Source of the DNA: Haliotis rubra
Taxonomy: Eukaryota
Assembly (NCBI RefSeq): GCF_003918875.1
Contig: NW_025765402.1
Coordinates: 62,001-126,000 of the forward strand
Length of the DNA: 64,000 nucleotides
Direction: 5' to 3'
Shown: positions 1 to 12,259 of the stretch, piece after piece
Numbering within the stretch: position 1 is the stretch's first letter
How the letters are laid out: the number at the start of each line of letters is the position of its first letter
Notes under the pieces: generated by a model
What the model was told of the DNA's origin: nothing
What the model saw: the letters and a program-made list of their open reading frames with translations, nothing else
Database searches by the model: none
Position numbers and translations under genes: made by a program

Positions 1-76
1 GGGCTGCAAGTTAGATGGCGAGACAGAGTTCTGTAACACGGCATCAAATCCTAAATATTTAAATTCTTCCGCGTAC

Positions 77-1803
77 CTGCATTATGTTTCTTGCATTTAT
101 GTTTCATCAAACAACAGCGATAACGGCAATGACGATGACGATGACAAGCCCGACACAGGACCCAGCTATAACGTACACCTTGGGAACATCAGAAGGCGAC
201 TTCACTGAAACAAACGGCAGCATCAGATGTGAAAATAACATGAAACAACTATGCATGGAAAACTAATTTTGCTGTAATCTTTCAACTAATTTGGTTTGTG
301 GAAGTATTTGGTTATGTTTTTGTTCAAGTGCGCGTTTCCGACCAGCCAGTAAAGAATCATTACTTTCCGTACGAAAATAACCCTGATTAAAACGTGCATG
401 TGTTGCTCCGTCTATGAAACGTAAACAATATAAATTACCTTCGTAGTTGTCTGCAAACGGCGTTATGATCTTTGTTATCAATATCTACATTACGTATCAT
501 CATACATCACCTGTAGAAGAAGGCCTATCGTGAGTGGCAGTGGTGGGCAAGTGTCCTTCCACGGTCGTTGCAACTGAAAATACGAGTGATAATCTCAAGC
601 CATGCTTGTCTGAAACAATCTGAGTGCTGTAACAACATCTGGTACTGCACAATCGTATAACAAGTTGTATCATAACAAGCTAGATTATAATGGTGTGGGG
701 CCGGGTCCAAAACTCAAGAATTGAAATACTTTGGCGCTCTATAACTGGCTTTTATATTACAGAGGACCCTTAAGTAGGACACGTTACTTCGCGAGACCTT
801 AGTACTCCCGGCGACAAACAACGTACACTTGGTCCGGTCTTGTAAAGTCATATTTGGCGGTTGCGCTATCTGGAACCAAAACTGGTACTTGAATATATGC
901 TTGTCACCGGAAATCTCGTACCGGAAGTACGTTGGGCCCTGTTTCGCATAGCGCAAGTAAGCGCGTGCATAGGGAGCCGGGAACCAGCTAAGTACCGGAA
1001 GTAGCGCCTCGCGAGACTTAAAGGCCCTATTGTTAAGTATGGAGATATATGTTTATGGTTACAAACTAGTTTGAAAAAACTTCTTTGATATTCTAGTTAT
1101 TGGTCTATCCTTTGATGACAAGAGTTTACATTAAATACACGTGCTGATTATGAATGCAGAACTTTGCTATTCACGACATGGCTGACATACTGTCGGGGTG
1201 ACTTTAACTCACTTTAACTCACTGGGGTTAATTACTAACTTAATGTCTCACCATGGCAACATTTCTAACATACATTTTGGACGGTGGGGTGGCCTAGTTG
1301 TTAAAGCGTTCGTTCGTCTCGGTGAAGACCCGTGTTCGATACCCCACATGGGTACTATGTGTGAAGCCCATTTCTGGTGTCCCCCGCCATGATGTTGCTG
1401 GAACAATGCTAAAAACGGCGTAAAACCAAATTCACTCATTCACTCAGATAAATGTGTGTTAATATGTCTGCTGTTGGTATGAAAGGACCATACAAATCAT
1501 TGTACTTCGTCACGACTGTATTTTCGGTCTCATAAACTACACAGTATATATACAGCGGTAACATATATCAAAACCCGTTAATTTCCCCGGAAATATATTC
1601 ATATGAAGTACACAAATCCTCAACACCAGGAAAAGAGGTCAAGATAACACTCTCATCAACATTGATCTGTTTCGGGAACGCAGGTGTTTTCCTTGTAAAT
1701 AAGGACACCAAATACTCATTGAAACACTGTGCGCATGTGTGCTCGCGAGTTTGTTGCTGTTGTTACAATGGTTGATACTTTGGGGGAAGCTACGATTTGA
1801 TAC
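77..1803 (-). pseudogene. Decayed type I transmembrane protein (ectodomain remnant, Thr-rich stalk, TM exon); continues off the left edge
   Basis: AG/GT-bounded exons: 573-511 (ATTVEGHLPTTATHDRPSST, phase 1-1) and 204-77 (KSPSDVPKVYVIAGSCVGLVIVIVIAVIAVV*). The TM exon is 128 nt, one base short of the frame that would read VVLMKHKCKKHNA. A candidate upstream exon starting at acceptor 1803 contains stops and a weak lectin-like stretch (QTREHTCAQCFNEYLVSL). Confidence 0.55.
1279..1446 (+). mobile_element. tRNA-derived SINE, family A
   Basis: A-box-like TGGCCTAGTTGTT, B-box-like GTGTTCGATACC, body ATGGGTAC.ATGTGTGAAGCCCATTTCTGGTGTCCCC, tail GCTGGAA.A.TGCTAAAA.CGGCGTAAAAC and (ACTC)n; about 10 copies in the window. 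Confidence 0.85.
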
Positions 1804-1837
1804 CTGAAAGATGGACCTTCAGTTTCAATACAGTTAG

Positions 1838-2141
1838 TGTCCATGCAGGTAGCAAAGGCACTGTAAGTCCCCATGGTCCCTAGTATGGTGATCTACCTTC
1901 AGTTGTTGGCGATCTATAGCCCATTTTACATTGTATTGTCCAGAAATATGTTTCTACTTTTAAAGATATATGCTAGCTAGTTTTAACTCAATCTGTGATA
2001 ATCTAGTGGTTTTACTGTCCTTCGTTGACAGAGTTTTATATATTATATGTATGCATTATAAATTTAGAACAAGCTTTAGTCACGATATGGCTGAAATATT
2101 GCTGATGCGACTTTAAATCTTAACTCACTCACTCACTCACT
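1838..2141 (+). mobile_element. Retroposon family C (probable 5'-truncated 3'UTR of a Nimb/I-type LINE)
   Basis: Ends CACGATATGGCTGAAATATTGCTGATGCGACTTTAAA..(ACTC)n and is flanked by the 14-bp TSD TCAATACAGTTAGT. Homologous copies lie at about 18705, 25943, 28886, 30770 and 61108. Confidence 0.7.
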
Positions 2142-2345
2142 CAATACAGTTAGTCTTTTGCAAATCATCTTGAGTGAATCGTTCCGACATATGTACTATT
2201 CGTTGGAATAAGCAAAGGCTACACATAACCAATGGGGTATAAAGGTCTCATTATCAACATCATCGAACAATCAGCCAAGTACATTTTTCCTCCTCTTTTC
2301 TACCTGTGGTTCACACAGAAGACAATAGTTTTCGTCACTTGTACT

Positions 2346-2498
2346 GAGTGAGTCAGTATGGCTTACGAAATGTTCCAGCAATATCACGGAGGGGCACACC
2401 AGAAACAGGCTCCACACATTGTACCCACGTTGGGAATCGAACCCAGGTATTCTGGATGAGGAACGAACGCTTAAATCACTTGGCTACCCCATCACGCC
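2346..2498 (-). mobile_element. tRNA-derived SINE, family A
   Basis: Reverse-complement match to 1279-1446; duplicated at 6639-6791. Confidence 0.8.
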
Positions 2499-2538
2499 TC
2501 TCGCCACCTGAAGAGCGTGGTAGCTTGATTACGTGCAT

Positions 2539-4214
2539 GAGGTTGTTAAGGCATACATACTTGTTGTTGGGATCAGGACATCGACAGTGAGGTTGTTAAG
2601 GCATACATACCTGTTGTTGGGATCAGAACATCGACAGTGAGGTTGTTAAGGCCTACATAACTGTTGTTGGGATCAGGACATCGACAGTGAGGTTGTTAAG
2701 GCCTAGATAACTGTTGTTGGGATCAGGACATCGCCAGTGAGGTTGTTAAGGCCTACATACCTGGTGTTGGTATCAGGGCATTTATCAGTGATGTTGTAAA
2801 GGCCTAGATAACTGTTGTTGGGATCAGGACATCGACAGTGAGGTTGTTAAGGCCTAGATAACTGTTGTTGGGATCAGGACATCGACAGTGAGGTTGTTAA
2901 GGTCTAGATAACTGTTGTTGGGACCAGGGCATCACCAGTGAGGTTGTTAAGGCCTACATACCTGTTGTTGGAATCAGGACATCGACAGTAAGGTTGTTAA
3001 GGCCTACATACCTTGTGTTTGGATCAGGACATCGACAGTGAGGTTGTAAAGGCATACATACCTGTTGTTGGGATCAGGACATGGACAATGAGGTTGTTAA
3101 GGCATACATACCTGTTGTTGGGATCAGGACATCGACAATGAGGTTGTTAACGTCTACATACCTGTTGTTGGGATCAGGACATCGACAGTGGGGTTGTTAA
3201 GGCCTAGATAACTGTCGTTGGAATCTGGACATCGACAGTAAGGTTATTCAGGCCTAGATAACTGTTGTTGGGATCAGGACATCGACAGTGAGGTTGGTAA
3301 GGCCTAGATAACTGTTGTTGGGATCAGGACATCACCAGTGAGGTTGTTAAGGCCTACATACCTGTTGTTGGGATCAGGACATCGACAGTGAGGTTGTTAA
3401 GGCCTACATACCTGGTGTTGGTATCAGGGCATTTATCAGTGATGTTGTAAAGGCCTACATAACTGTTGTTGGGATCAGGACATCGACAGTAAGGTTGTTA
3501 ATGCCTAGATAACTGTTCTTGGGATCAGGACATCGACAGTGAGGTTGTGAAGGGCTAGATAAGTGTTGTTGGGACCAGGGCATCACCAGTGAGGTTGTTA
3601 AGGCATACATACCTGGTGTTGGAATCAGGACATCGACAGTAAGGTTGTTAAGGCCTACATACCTGGTGTTGGGATCAGGACATCGACAGTGAGGTTGTTA
3701 AGGCCTACATACCTGGTGTTGGAATCAGGGCATTTATCAGTGATGTTGTAAAGGCCTACATAACTGTTGTTGGGATCAGGACATCGCCAGTGAGGTTGTT
3801 AAGGCCTAGATAACTGTTGTTGGAATGAGGATATCGACAGTAAGGTTGTTAAGGCCTAGATAACTGTTGTTGGGATCAGGACAACGACAGTGAGGTTGTT
3901 AAGGCATAGATAACTGTTGTTGGGATCAGGACATCACCAGTGAGGTTGTTAAGGCATACATACCTGTTGTTGGAATCAGGACATCGACGAAAGGTTGTTA
4001 AGGCCTACATACCTGTTGTTGGGATCAGGACATCGACAGTGAGGTTGTTAAGGCCTACATAACTGTTGTTGGGATCAGGACATCGACAGTGAGGTTGTTA
4101 AGGCCTAGATAACTGTTGTTGGAATCTGGACATCGACAGCGAGGTTGTTAAGGCCTAGACAACTATTGTTGGAATCAGGACATCGACAGTGAGGTTGTTA
4201 AGGCCTACATACCT
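2539..4214. repeat. 50-bp tandem repeat array, about 33 copies
   Basis: Unit TGAGGTTGTTAAGGCCTA(C/G)ATA(C/A)CTGTTGTTGGGATCAGGACATCGACAG; the period of 50 is read directly from the sequence. Confidence 0.97.
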
Positions 4215-4643
4215 AGAGGCCAGCACGCTTCCTGGCAAGTAAATAGTCATCTTTCCATTGTCCAGAATGGAAGCAATTACAGGTTTAAAATGTTTATACC
4301 ACAACATGCAGGAAATGTAAAATCATCGTCATAATTTATGAATACGTTGAGCAGGTATCTGAGACAGGAGCACGGTATGTGCTAATATCACGGAAGTTCA
4401 TTACTAGTAAAAGGAAGTGATCGTGAACATGGTCATCCCAATAGGTTAAGTGAGTGCACTTGTGAAATATCTCACTGATGAATACAAAATGCCGTTTAGA
4501 CATTGCGGAATCCGATTAACGTTATGTTTGGGTCTACTTTTGTTTAGTAAGGGTCAAATTAAAATACGTTTGTGCTTGATTTTTGTCCGGGGTTCGAACC
4601 CACACTCTGAGAGAAAGGCAATATATTCATCTGATATACATTT

Positions 4644-5302
4644 TGTATGATTTTATGAGAGTGTGGTTTTGTAATTTGTATGAACATTGATTAAGTAATG
4701 GTTATTATGGTCACAGTGTTTAAAGTTTTGAGTGTTGGTTTTGGCTCACATCTTGCATTATATATGTTCTATGGCAGTAGTATTTTGTAGCGGCACGCCT
4801 ATTTGTTAGTGCTTCAGAATTACCTGCCCTTGGCAATCTTTAGTTTATTTTGTTGACTTCCGCCTCTCGCTGTGGAGGTTTTGCGAATATTCTGAGTGGA
4901 TAAAGAATGCTCTAGACACTGTGTCAGTATTTATAAAGGCTGGTTGTTGTGTTGACACACACACGGAATTACACGGGACGTTTCACATGACTGGAGTTAT
5001 ACACATCTGTCTGCCATCATCGTGCGTGCCTGACTGCTATCATTGTAAACAACCTTCAACCTGTATATCTGCTCTCACTATAAACATCAATACTCTGGTG
5101 AGTTATATCTTATATTTATGACCTAATATTTTAGATTTGTGACTAAAATTGCATTGTACTAGAAATCTGTATTTTCATTCATTGTAGTTTGCTCATTGTT
5201 TGTTGAACATATTATCGAATATTTTATACTTGTCTGTGTTCTATTTTGCTGGTTCAAAGGGACTATTATACCTTTTGTCACGGCAAATCATTAACCGTAA
5301 CA
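4644..5302 (+). mobile_element. Possible solo LTR
   Basis: TG...CA bounded ~660 bp segment ending CCGTAACA, with internal TATAAAGG near 4932. No TSD found. Confidence 0.25.
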
Positions 5303-6638
5303 ATAATAATAGTCTGTTCTTATACCAGCGCAGTGGATACGTCTGAAGTAAAAAGTAATGAGTAATAAGTTATGAGTAATTTTCCGATCCAAATTACAGA
5401 TTCATTCGATGGCGGCTAAACAAACCGTGAAATCAGACGCTTGTTATTGTGTCCCCTCATTAACATGCTACAATATTAAGAAAAATAAAAGGACACAATT
5501 TCTCATTAATTTTATCTAGAACTGACAATTATTTTTCAAAACCAGAGAAGCAGTGGCATGGTAGGCAGAAGAAATAGAATATGTTATCGAGTAACATCGA
5601 CATCAACATCCAGATAGACAAACTCGTTTGGTGCAACAAGTTACAAGCAAAGCGTTATGAGAAAATACATCCTGATCCTTATAAAGTGCTCGACGTTCTT
5701 CTTTAGTGCACCAGCAAAACGAAGAAAGGGCCACTCGTAATAATTCATAACTGTTATGCAAAAATATATCATGATTTGTGCTCAATATGGTCCCTAAAAT
5801 GTATGCAAAATGTTGAATGCGTTCATTGCTGCAGGCATGTGATGCTGACAATGTTTTAGTGGACACCTGGTTTCATTAAGTGGCATCTGTCCTTCAATTG
5901 TCTGCTGTATTACATTGTGTAATGGTCAGATAATCAGCGACAGATAATCAAGATCATATTTCGTAAATGACGGGGAAGCATTAATTGGAATAAAAAATGT
6001 TTCAACTTGTAAAATCAAATTGACTCATTTATATCAGTCTCAGATTTGGTTTTCTTCTTGGCGCTGACAGCTATCATCTATATCTTAAAGTGAATAAAAG
6101 ACGGAACACCTTGGTGATCGTCATTTTCCGTTGAAATTGATTGTTGTAGTGTTGATTATTTGAACAGCTGAATAGCCTTTAAAGGATACGATGATTTTCA
6201 GAAAATATAAATACAATCAAAATGTGACTCTTTTCAAATCTGTGTGTATCGATATCAGTGCCAGTAAAATACCTGTCACATTATGTAAGCACCATGGTTG
6301 TGTCATGGTTGTGTCATGGTTGGATCTGGATCATTTAACGTCATTCCTTCTGTTTAAATGAGATGCTTAAATATATTAGGAAGAGTTTCAATTTCCAGAG
6401 AATAATATTTCCGTAATAATTACTATGTCACTTCCTTATGTAGTAGGAAAAGGAACACGTTCCGAAACAGACAAATGTTAGTGTTATGTACTATTCGTTG
6501 GAATAAGCAAAGGCTACACATAACCAATGGGGTAAAAGGTCTCATTATCACCATCATAGAACAATCAGCCAAGTACATTTTCCTCCTCTTTTCTACCTGT
6601 GGTTCACACAGAAGACAATAGTTTTCGTCACTTGTACT

Positions 6639-6791
6639 GAGTGAGTCAGTATGGCTTACGAAATGTTCCAGCAATATCACGGAGGGGCACACCAGAAACA
6701 GGCTCCACACATTGTACCCACGTTGGGAATCGAACCCAGGTATTCTGGATGAGGAACGAACGCTTAAATCACTTGGCTACCCCATCACGCC
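6639..6791 (-). mobile_element. tRNA-derived SINE, family A (part of the local duplication)
   Basis: Essentially identical to 2346-2498. Confidence 0.8.
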
Positions 6792-6830
6792 TCTCGCCAC
6801 CTGAAGAGCGTGGTAGCTTGATTACGTGCA

Positions 6831-7609
6831 TGAGGTTGTTAAGGCATACATACTTGTTGTTGGGATCAGGACATCGACAGTGAGGTTGTTAAGGCCTACA
6901 TACCTGTTGTTGGGATCAGAACATCGACAGTGGGGTTGTTAAGGCCTAGATAACTGTCGTTGGAATCTGGACATCGACAGTAAGGTTGTTAAGGCCTAGA
7001 TAACTGTTGTTGGGATCAGGACATCGACAGTGAGGTTGTTAAGGCCTAGATAACTGTTGTTGGGATCAGGACATCACCAGTGAGGTTGTTAAGGCCTACA
7101 TACCTGGTGTTGGTATCAGGGCATTTATCAGTGATGTTGTAAAGGCCCTAGATAACTGTTGTTGGAATCAGGACATCGACATTAAGGTTGTTAAGGCCTA
7201 GATAACTGTTGTTGGGATCAGGACATCGACAGTGAGGTTGTTAAGGTCTAGATAACTGTTGTTGGGACCAGGGCATCACCAGTGAGGCTGTTATGGCCTA
7301 CATACCTGTTGTTGGAATCAGGACATCGACAGTAAGGTTGTTAAGGCCCACATACCTTGTGTTTGGATCAGGACATCGACAGTGAGGTTGTAAAGGCATA
7401 CATACCTGTTGTTGGGATCAGGACATGGACAATGAGGTTGTTAAGGCATACATACCTGTTGTTGGGATCAGGACATCGACAATGAGGTTGTTAACGTCTA
7501 CATACCTGTAGTTGGGATCAGGACATCGACAGTGGGGTTGTTATAGGCCTAGATAACTGTCGTTGGAATCTGGACATCGACAGTAAGGTTATTCAGGCCT
7601 AGATAACTG
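6831..7609. repeat. 50-bp tandem repeat array, about 15 copies (second array)
   Basis: Same unit as 2539-4214, preceded by the same ~350 bp flank. Confidence 0.97.
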
Positions 7610-9211
7610 AATTCCATCTTGTATACGATGGAGAATCAGATGGAGTTATTTCTGAAAGGATAGTTGGAAAATGATCGCTTCCACAAAGGTCATTGTGGAC
7701 AGACCAATCAAACTGATTGAATATGTTAGAATCTGCAAGAGACAAATCCAGAGAAGAGTAAGTGCCAGTTGCAGGATGTAGATAAGTATTTGAATCATCA
7801 TTATATATGCACAAGTCATTATTAGAAATGAAATCTTCTAGTTTTTTACCTTTAGTATTAGTGTTGTTACTACCCCAGAGGGGGTTGTGACCGTTAAGGT
7901 CACCCATAATAACACAGGGCTTCGGAAGTTGATCATAGAGTGACTGAAGTTCAGTCTGCTGAAGTGCAGAGGAAGGTGAAATGTACAGAGAGCATAATGT
8001 GAATGCTACACCCAGAGTAAGTCTCACTGCAACAGCTTGGAGATTAGTTTTAAGGACAACAGGACTGTGAATAACATCTGTCGCACAAGAATAGAAGATC
8101 CTCCAGTGGCCCTATCACCCAGAGGAGAAAAATAATGATAGGCATTGAACTGACGTAAAGTAAAAGTATCTGTCTGTTTCAGATATGTATCTTGCAAACA
8201 GAATGCTGATGGTGTTAAATCCTGGACTAATAGCTGTAGTTCATTAAAATTTGTCCGTAGTCCTCTACAGTTCCACTGCACGATATTAGTAAAATGACCT
8301 ATCTTTTAGGTGGATTGATAGGGGACCTATCCCTAACCTTTTTTGGATGGCGACAAGTTATGTGCCCTGGGATGGATGTTTTCTGACACATCCATCTCCT
8401 CGAGTGAACCATATTTATTGAATAAGTTTATTGGATTTTCTGAACCCTTGGGTGGTCCGCCACTCGTTTTCCGTCACATGAGTCTTCCGTCACATGAGAC
8501 CTCTCGCTACAGTGAGCACACGTCACTGGCTGGGTACAGGTGTTAACACCATGACCATATTTTGGCATCGAAAACACCTCAATGGATTTGGGATGTAGAC
8601 TGCAACTGTGATACTACAGTAACCCACTTAACAGACTCAGGGAGACTTGGAGTTGAGAATGAAAATAGGTATGTGTTTGTCGCAATCAGTTCGTTGTTTT
8701 TGCGGGTGGTAAATCGTTTGACATATGTCACACCCTGATCTTTCATTTCCGATACAATGTCCAGTTCTGACATGTCAGCTAACAAACGGTCTCTGTCTCT
8801 TATAATGCCTTTGCAGGTGTTCAAGGTTCTATGGGCAGTGACTGAAACAGGGATGCCAGCAAAATTTTACATTGTCAATAGGTTAGATGCCTGCTGTTTT
8901 CTACTGCACTCAATCAGTAGAGAGCCTGAACGTAAGCGTTTGATGTTCTTAACGTCGCCTGCAATGCCATATATCCCCCTTAGAAATAATAAAAGGGTTC
9001 AACTTGAGTGGAGTCTTGTCAACAGTGTCAAGAACAACGAAACGTGGCCAATTTTCTGTTAGTGTGGATTCATTCTCTTCATTGTCATTGTCTAGTTGTC
9101 GTTTGGTCTTTTTCGAGGGAGTTTGGTAAGCCATATTGAGTTAGTAATTGTTTCATCATCCGATGAAGAAGCGCTTAGCGTTACCCAACGAGGTGGTGGC
9201 TCTTCACGGGT
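7610..9211 (-). mobile_element. Degenerate I/Nimb-clade LINE: 5'UTR, ORF1 (gag-like) and APE endonuclease; RT missing
   Basis: Frameshifted ORF1 fragments (MAYQTPSKK..., NTCKGIIRDRD...GVTYVKRF...TNTYLFSF). APE motifs QWNCRGL, FCLQDT, VIMGDLNGHNPLWG, SSLDLSL and GSDHFP. The element is truncated at the 50-bp array. Confidence 0.88.
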
Positions 9212-9803
9212 GCCGAGTATTTATACGAATATCGAAAGACCCCAATAGTAACGTATCTTAATTCGTGTATATCCATGCACAATCAGTATTAAATTTTGAA
9301 TATTGTGTGTGTGCTTGAATTTTAAAATATTACCTTACTGGATAGTGTTTGAAGATACTACATCCTCCTTCTCAGATAACTCGGACAAAGCTATCCCCTT
9401 AGTTAAACTATTACTAACCATATCTCTTCCTCTTACTTTTTCAGCATTTACAACTCAGGTATGGCATATACAAATCAGAGGAAGTACTTCAGTGTTATTG
9501 CTATGGCAGGTGTATATTACAGCTCTTGAATGCATTTGATGTTAAGGGACGATTTTACCGCAAAGCTGTCTGTGTGGTGTTTAACATGCAGATACCTTCG
9601 TCGAGAGCTATAGAAGTTTGATATGAGGAAGTACTTCGAGTTTGAAGTGCCCCACTGATATGAAATTACAGCTGTTGACTGCCCCTGATTTCGGGGAATT
9701 ACATTTAGGGCTCAGTCATACATTTAAGGTGGTATACGGCCGTAGAAATTTGAAAATGGAGGAAGTACTTCAGGGCTGATGTCCCATTTGGTAGGATTGA
9801 CTG

Positions 9804-10038
9804 GTTTGTTTTTTAACGCCGCACTCAGCAATATTCCAGCTATATGGCGGCGGTCTGTAAACAATATAATCTGGACCAGACAATCCACTGATCAACAGCA
9901 TGAGCATCGATCTATGTAATTGGGATACGATAACATGTGTCAACTAAGTCAGCCAGCCTGACCGCCCGATCCCGTCAGTCAACTCTTATGACAAGCATGG
10001 GTTACTGAAGACCAATTCTAACTCGGATCTTCACGGGT
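9804..10038 (-). mobile_element. Non-autonomous retroposon, family B
   Basis: Consensus across copies: ACCCGTGAAGATCC...TGCTTGTCGTAAGAGGCGACTAA...CTGGTCCAGA...ACCGCCGCCATATAGCTGGAATATTGCTGAGTGCGGCG. Flanked by a diverged TSD GTCCC.TT.GGTA. Confidence 0.85.
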
Positions 10039-10511
10039 CCCCTTCGGTATGAAATTACATCTGCCTTCCGCACATAATGACACGTGTTTGGGTGATCTTG
10101 TGTGTGTCAGCGAACCTGGTCGTATCACCTTTGTAATGTCCTTCGAACAGGATATGTATCAGTTCAACGTTACATGGTAAGCTTAACGACCTATTAATTT
10201 GAGTGTAAAGTTCTTTTCTACAGATCAAAGAACTTCTTCCCAATTCGGAAAAAAACACAGATTTCCATATAAACTTGTAACCTTACCTTGATAACAAATC
10301 TATTCAAATAATCGATTGATACTTTTTTTTCATATTCATATTTTATATGTTCATTGTTTACAGACGGTTATTGCTGATATATAACCAAAGGCATAACATA
10401 TTGCAATGTAGAAAAGAAACTAAACATCCATCAGTTATGAATTTTTCAGCAGCCCAGGGAAGGAGGTGGCACATCTCAACATTTCGTTTGGAATCTTTGC
10501 AATATATGCTT

Positions 10512-10742
10512 TTGTTTGTTTGTTGTGCAACGCCGCACTCAGGAGTATTCCAACTTTATGGCGGCGGTCTGTAAATAAACTAATCTGGACCAGACAGTCC
10601 AGTGATTAACAACATGAGCATCGATCTACGCAACTGGGATACGATGACATGTGTCAGCGAGCCTCACCACCCGATCCCGTTAGTCGCCTCTTACGACAAG
10701 CATGGGTTGCTGAAGACCAGTTTTAACCCTGATCTTCTCGGG
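10512..10742 (-). mobile_element. Non-autonomous retroposon, family B
   Basis: Homologous to 9804-10038. Confidence 0.8.
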
Positions 10743-11177
10743 TCTTGCGATATATACACACGCACTGAGGCATACCATAAATTTTATGTGTTTCCTTACG
10801 ACTAAAATTGTTATCTATTGGAAGTTTCATTACCAACCGTCGCCATTTAATTCATCTGGAGGACATTTCCAAATCTGATGCATCACTGGCAAAAATGATG
10901 TATTATGCAACTGCCTATGTACACTCATACCACACATTCAAGTGCTTTTTCAGGTGCATTTGTTTATGGCGGATGCCACCGGTAGGGCAGGATTCCCTCA
11001 CCTCATCGAGGACCCTTGGTATAGTCATTATCTGATATTAATTCATAAATACACGCTCCGTTGGAAGCTGGGAACCTGCAACTGAAACTTCTTAAGGATG
11101 TGAAAACTTTTATCGTTTTCATCTATTTGGTGGTCATATATATCTACGACGGTAATTGCATAACTATGTTCCGTTTC

Positions 11178-11636
11178 CACATAGAGAAAATACGTTTACG
11201 GACATGTCTATCGCATTGCCTTAGCAAAATAATGGTCACTACATTAGTCTCACATATTTCCTACAGTGTCATAAGGTGAACCAAGCTTTAAGAGTTTCCG
11301 TGGCTGACGGTTGCCCCAGAGTAATTATCATAGTTAAATATGAAGACAATACGTTTACGGGCATGCCTATTGCATTTCCTTAGCAAAGGAATAGTCACTA
11401 CAATAGTCTCACATATTTTCTGCAGTGTCATAAGGTGTGAAAAGAGTTTCCGAAGCAACGGTTGCCCAAAAGAAATCACCATTGTTAAACATAAAGAAAT
11501 ACCTTTATGGGCATTCTATTGCATTGATGTATCAAATGAATGATCACTACAAAAGTCTCACATATTTCCTGCTTTGTCATAAGTGACGACGAGTTTCTGA
11601 AGCTACGGGTGCCCTAGAGAAATGATCATAGTTGTC
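11178..11636. repeat. Three diverged tandem copies of a ~150-160 bp unit
   Basis: Recurrent motif AATAC.TTTA.GG.CAT...TCACTACA..AGTCTCACATATTT.CT...TGTCATAAG...GAGTTTC, near 11190, 11348 and 11498. Confidence 0.8.
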
Positions 11637-12259
11637 TACGTCGGTACTTTTGTCGATTTCGCTGTAAAACTTGATAAAGTCACAATAAGGCCGAAATACT
11701 GCCCACGTGGCTTAAATTAAACTCACTCACACTTTGGTGTGACTCCAAACACGTGGTACAGTACGTTTACTTTTCCTATCTTTACTTAAATATGCATGAC
11801 TCATGTTGTACCACACTTTGGCTTAGACTTCCCAGGTAGATTTCAGCAGTGTCACATATTTTGATGGGTCATAGCAAACATGTACATACCTTGATCATAC
11901 TGACATTTAGTTTCACAGAGGACCACCAGAGGAATGCAGCACAAACAGACAGTAAAAGTCCAATAGATCATGTTCGTCGCACACACATTCATTTCTCCAT
12001 TTAGAGTCCGTCCACCAGGAAGTTCGTAGGGCATGTGATGTCATCTGTAATAAACATCCTTGTTGAAAACGTCACTCAGAGTCATGTAGCCACATACAAA
12101 CACGTGTAGACAATACCGTACGGCAACGCTCGGGTTACTTTATACACCGCGCAGGTTATCGTGCCCCGGCAGTGCACACACATTCATCCAATAGCAAGCA
12201 ATGTGACTGGTCAACGCATAGAGAACAACTACTCTACTTTCGTCGTCAAAACGAGCAAG

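Noticed and set aside
759-1031. GC-rich segment with imperfect terminal inverted repeats (possible MITE)
   Set aside because: The TIR match is short and there is no second copy or clear TSD in the window.
2539-4214. Regular repeat array superficially like a CRISPR array
   Set aside because: Units are contiguous 50-mers with no unique spacers, there are no cas genes, and the context is eukaryotic.
5603-5866. ORF ending CCTKRVCLSGC, reminiscent of an insulin-like A chain
   Set aside because: Cys spacing does not fit CCx3Cx8C, and there is no signal peptide, B chain or supporting splice structure.
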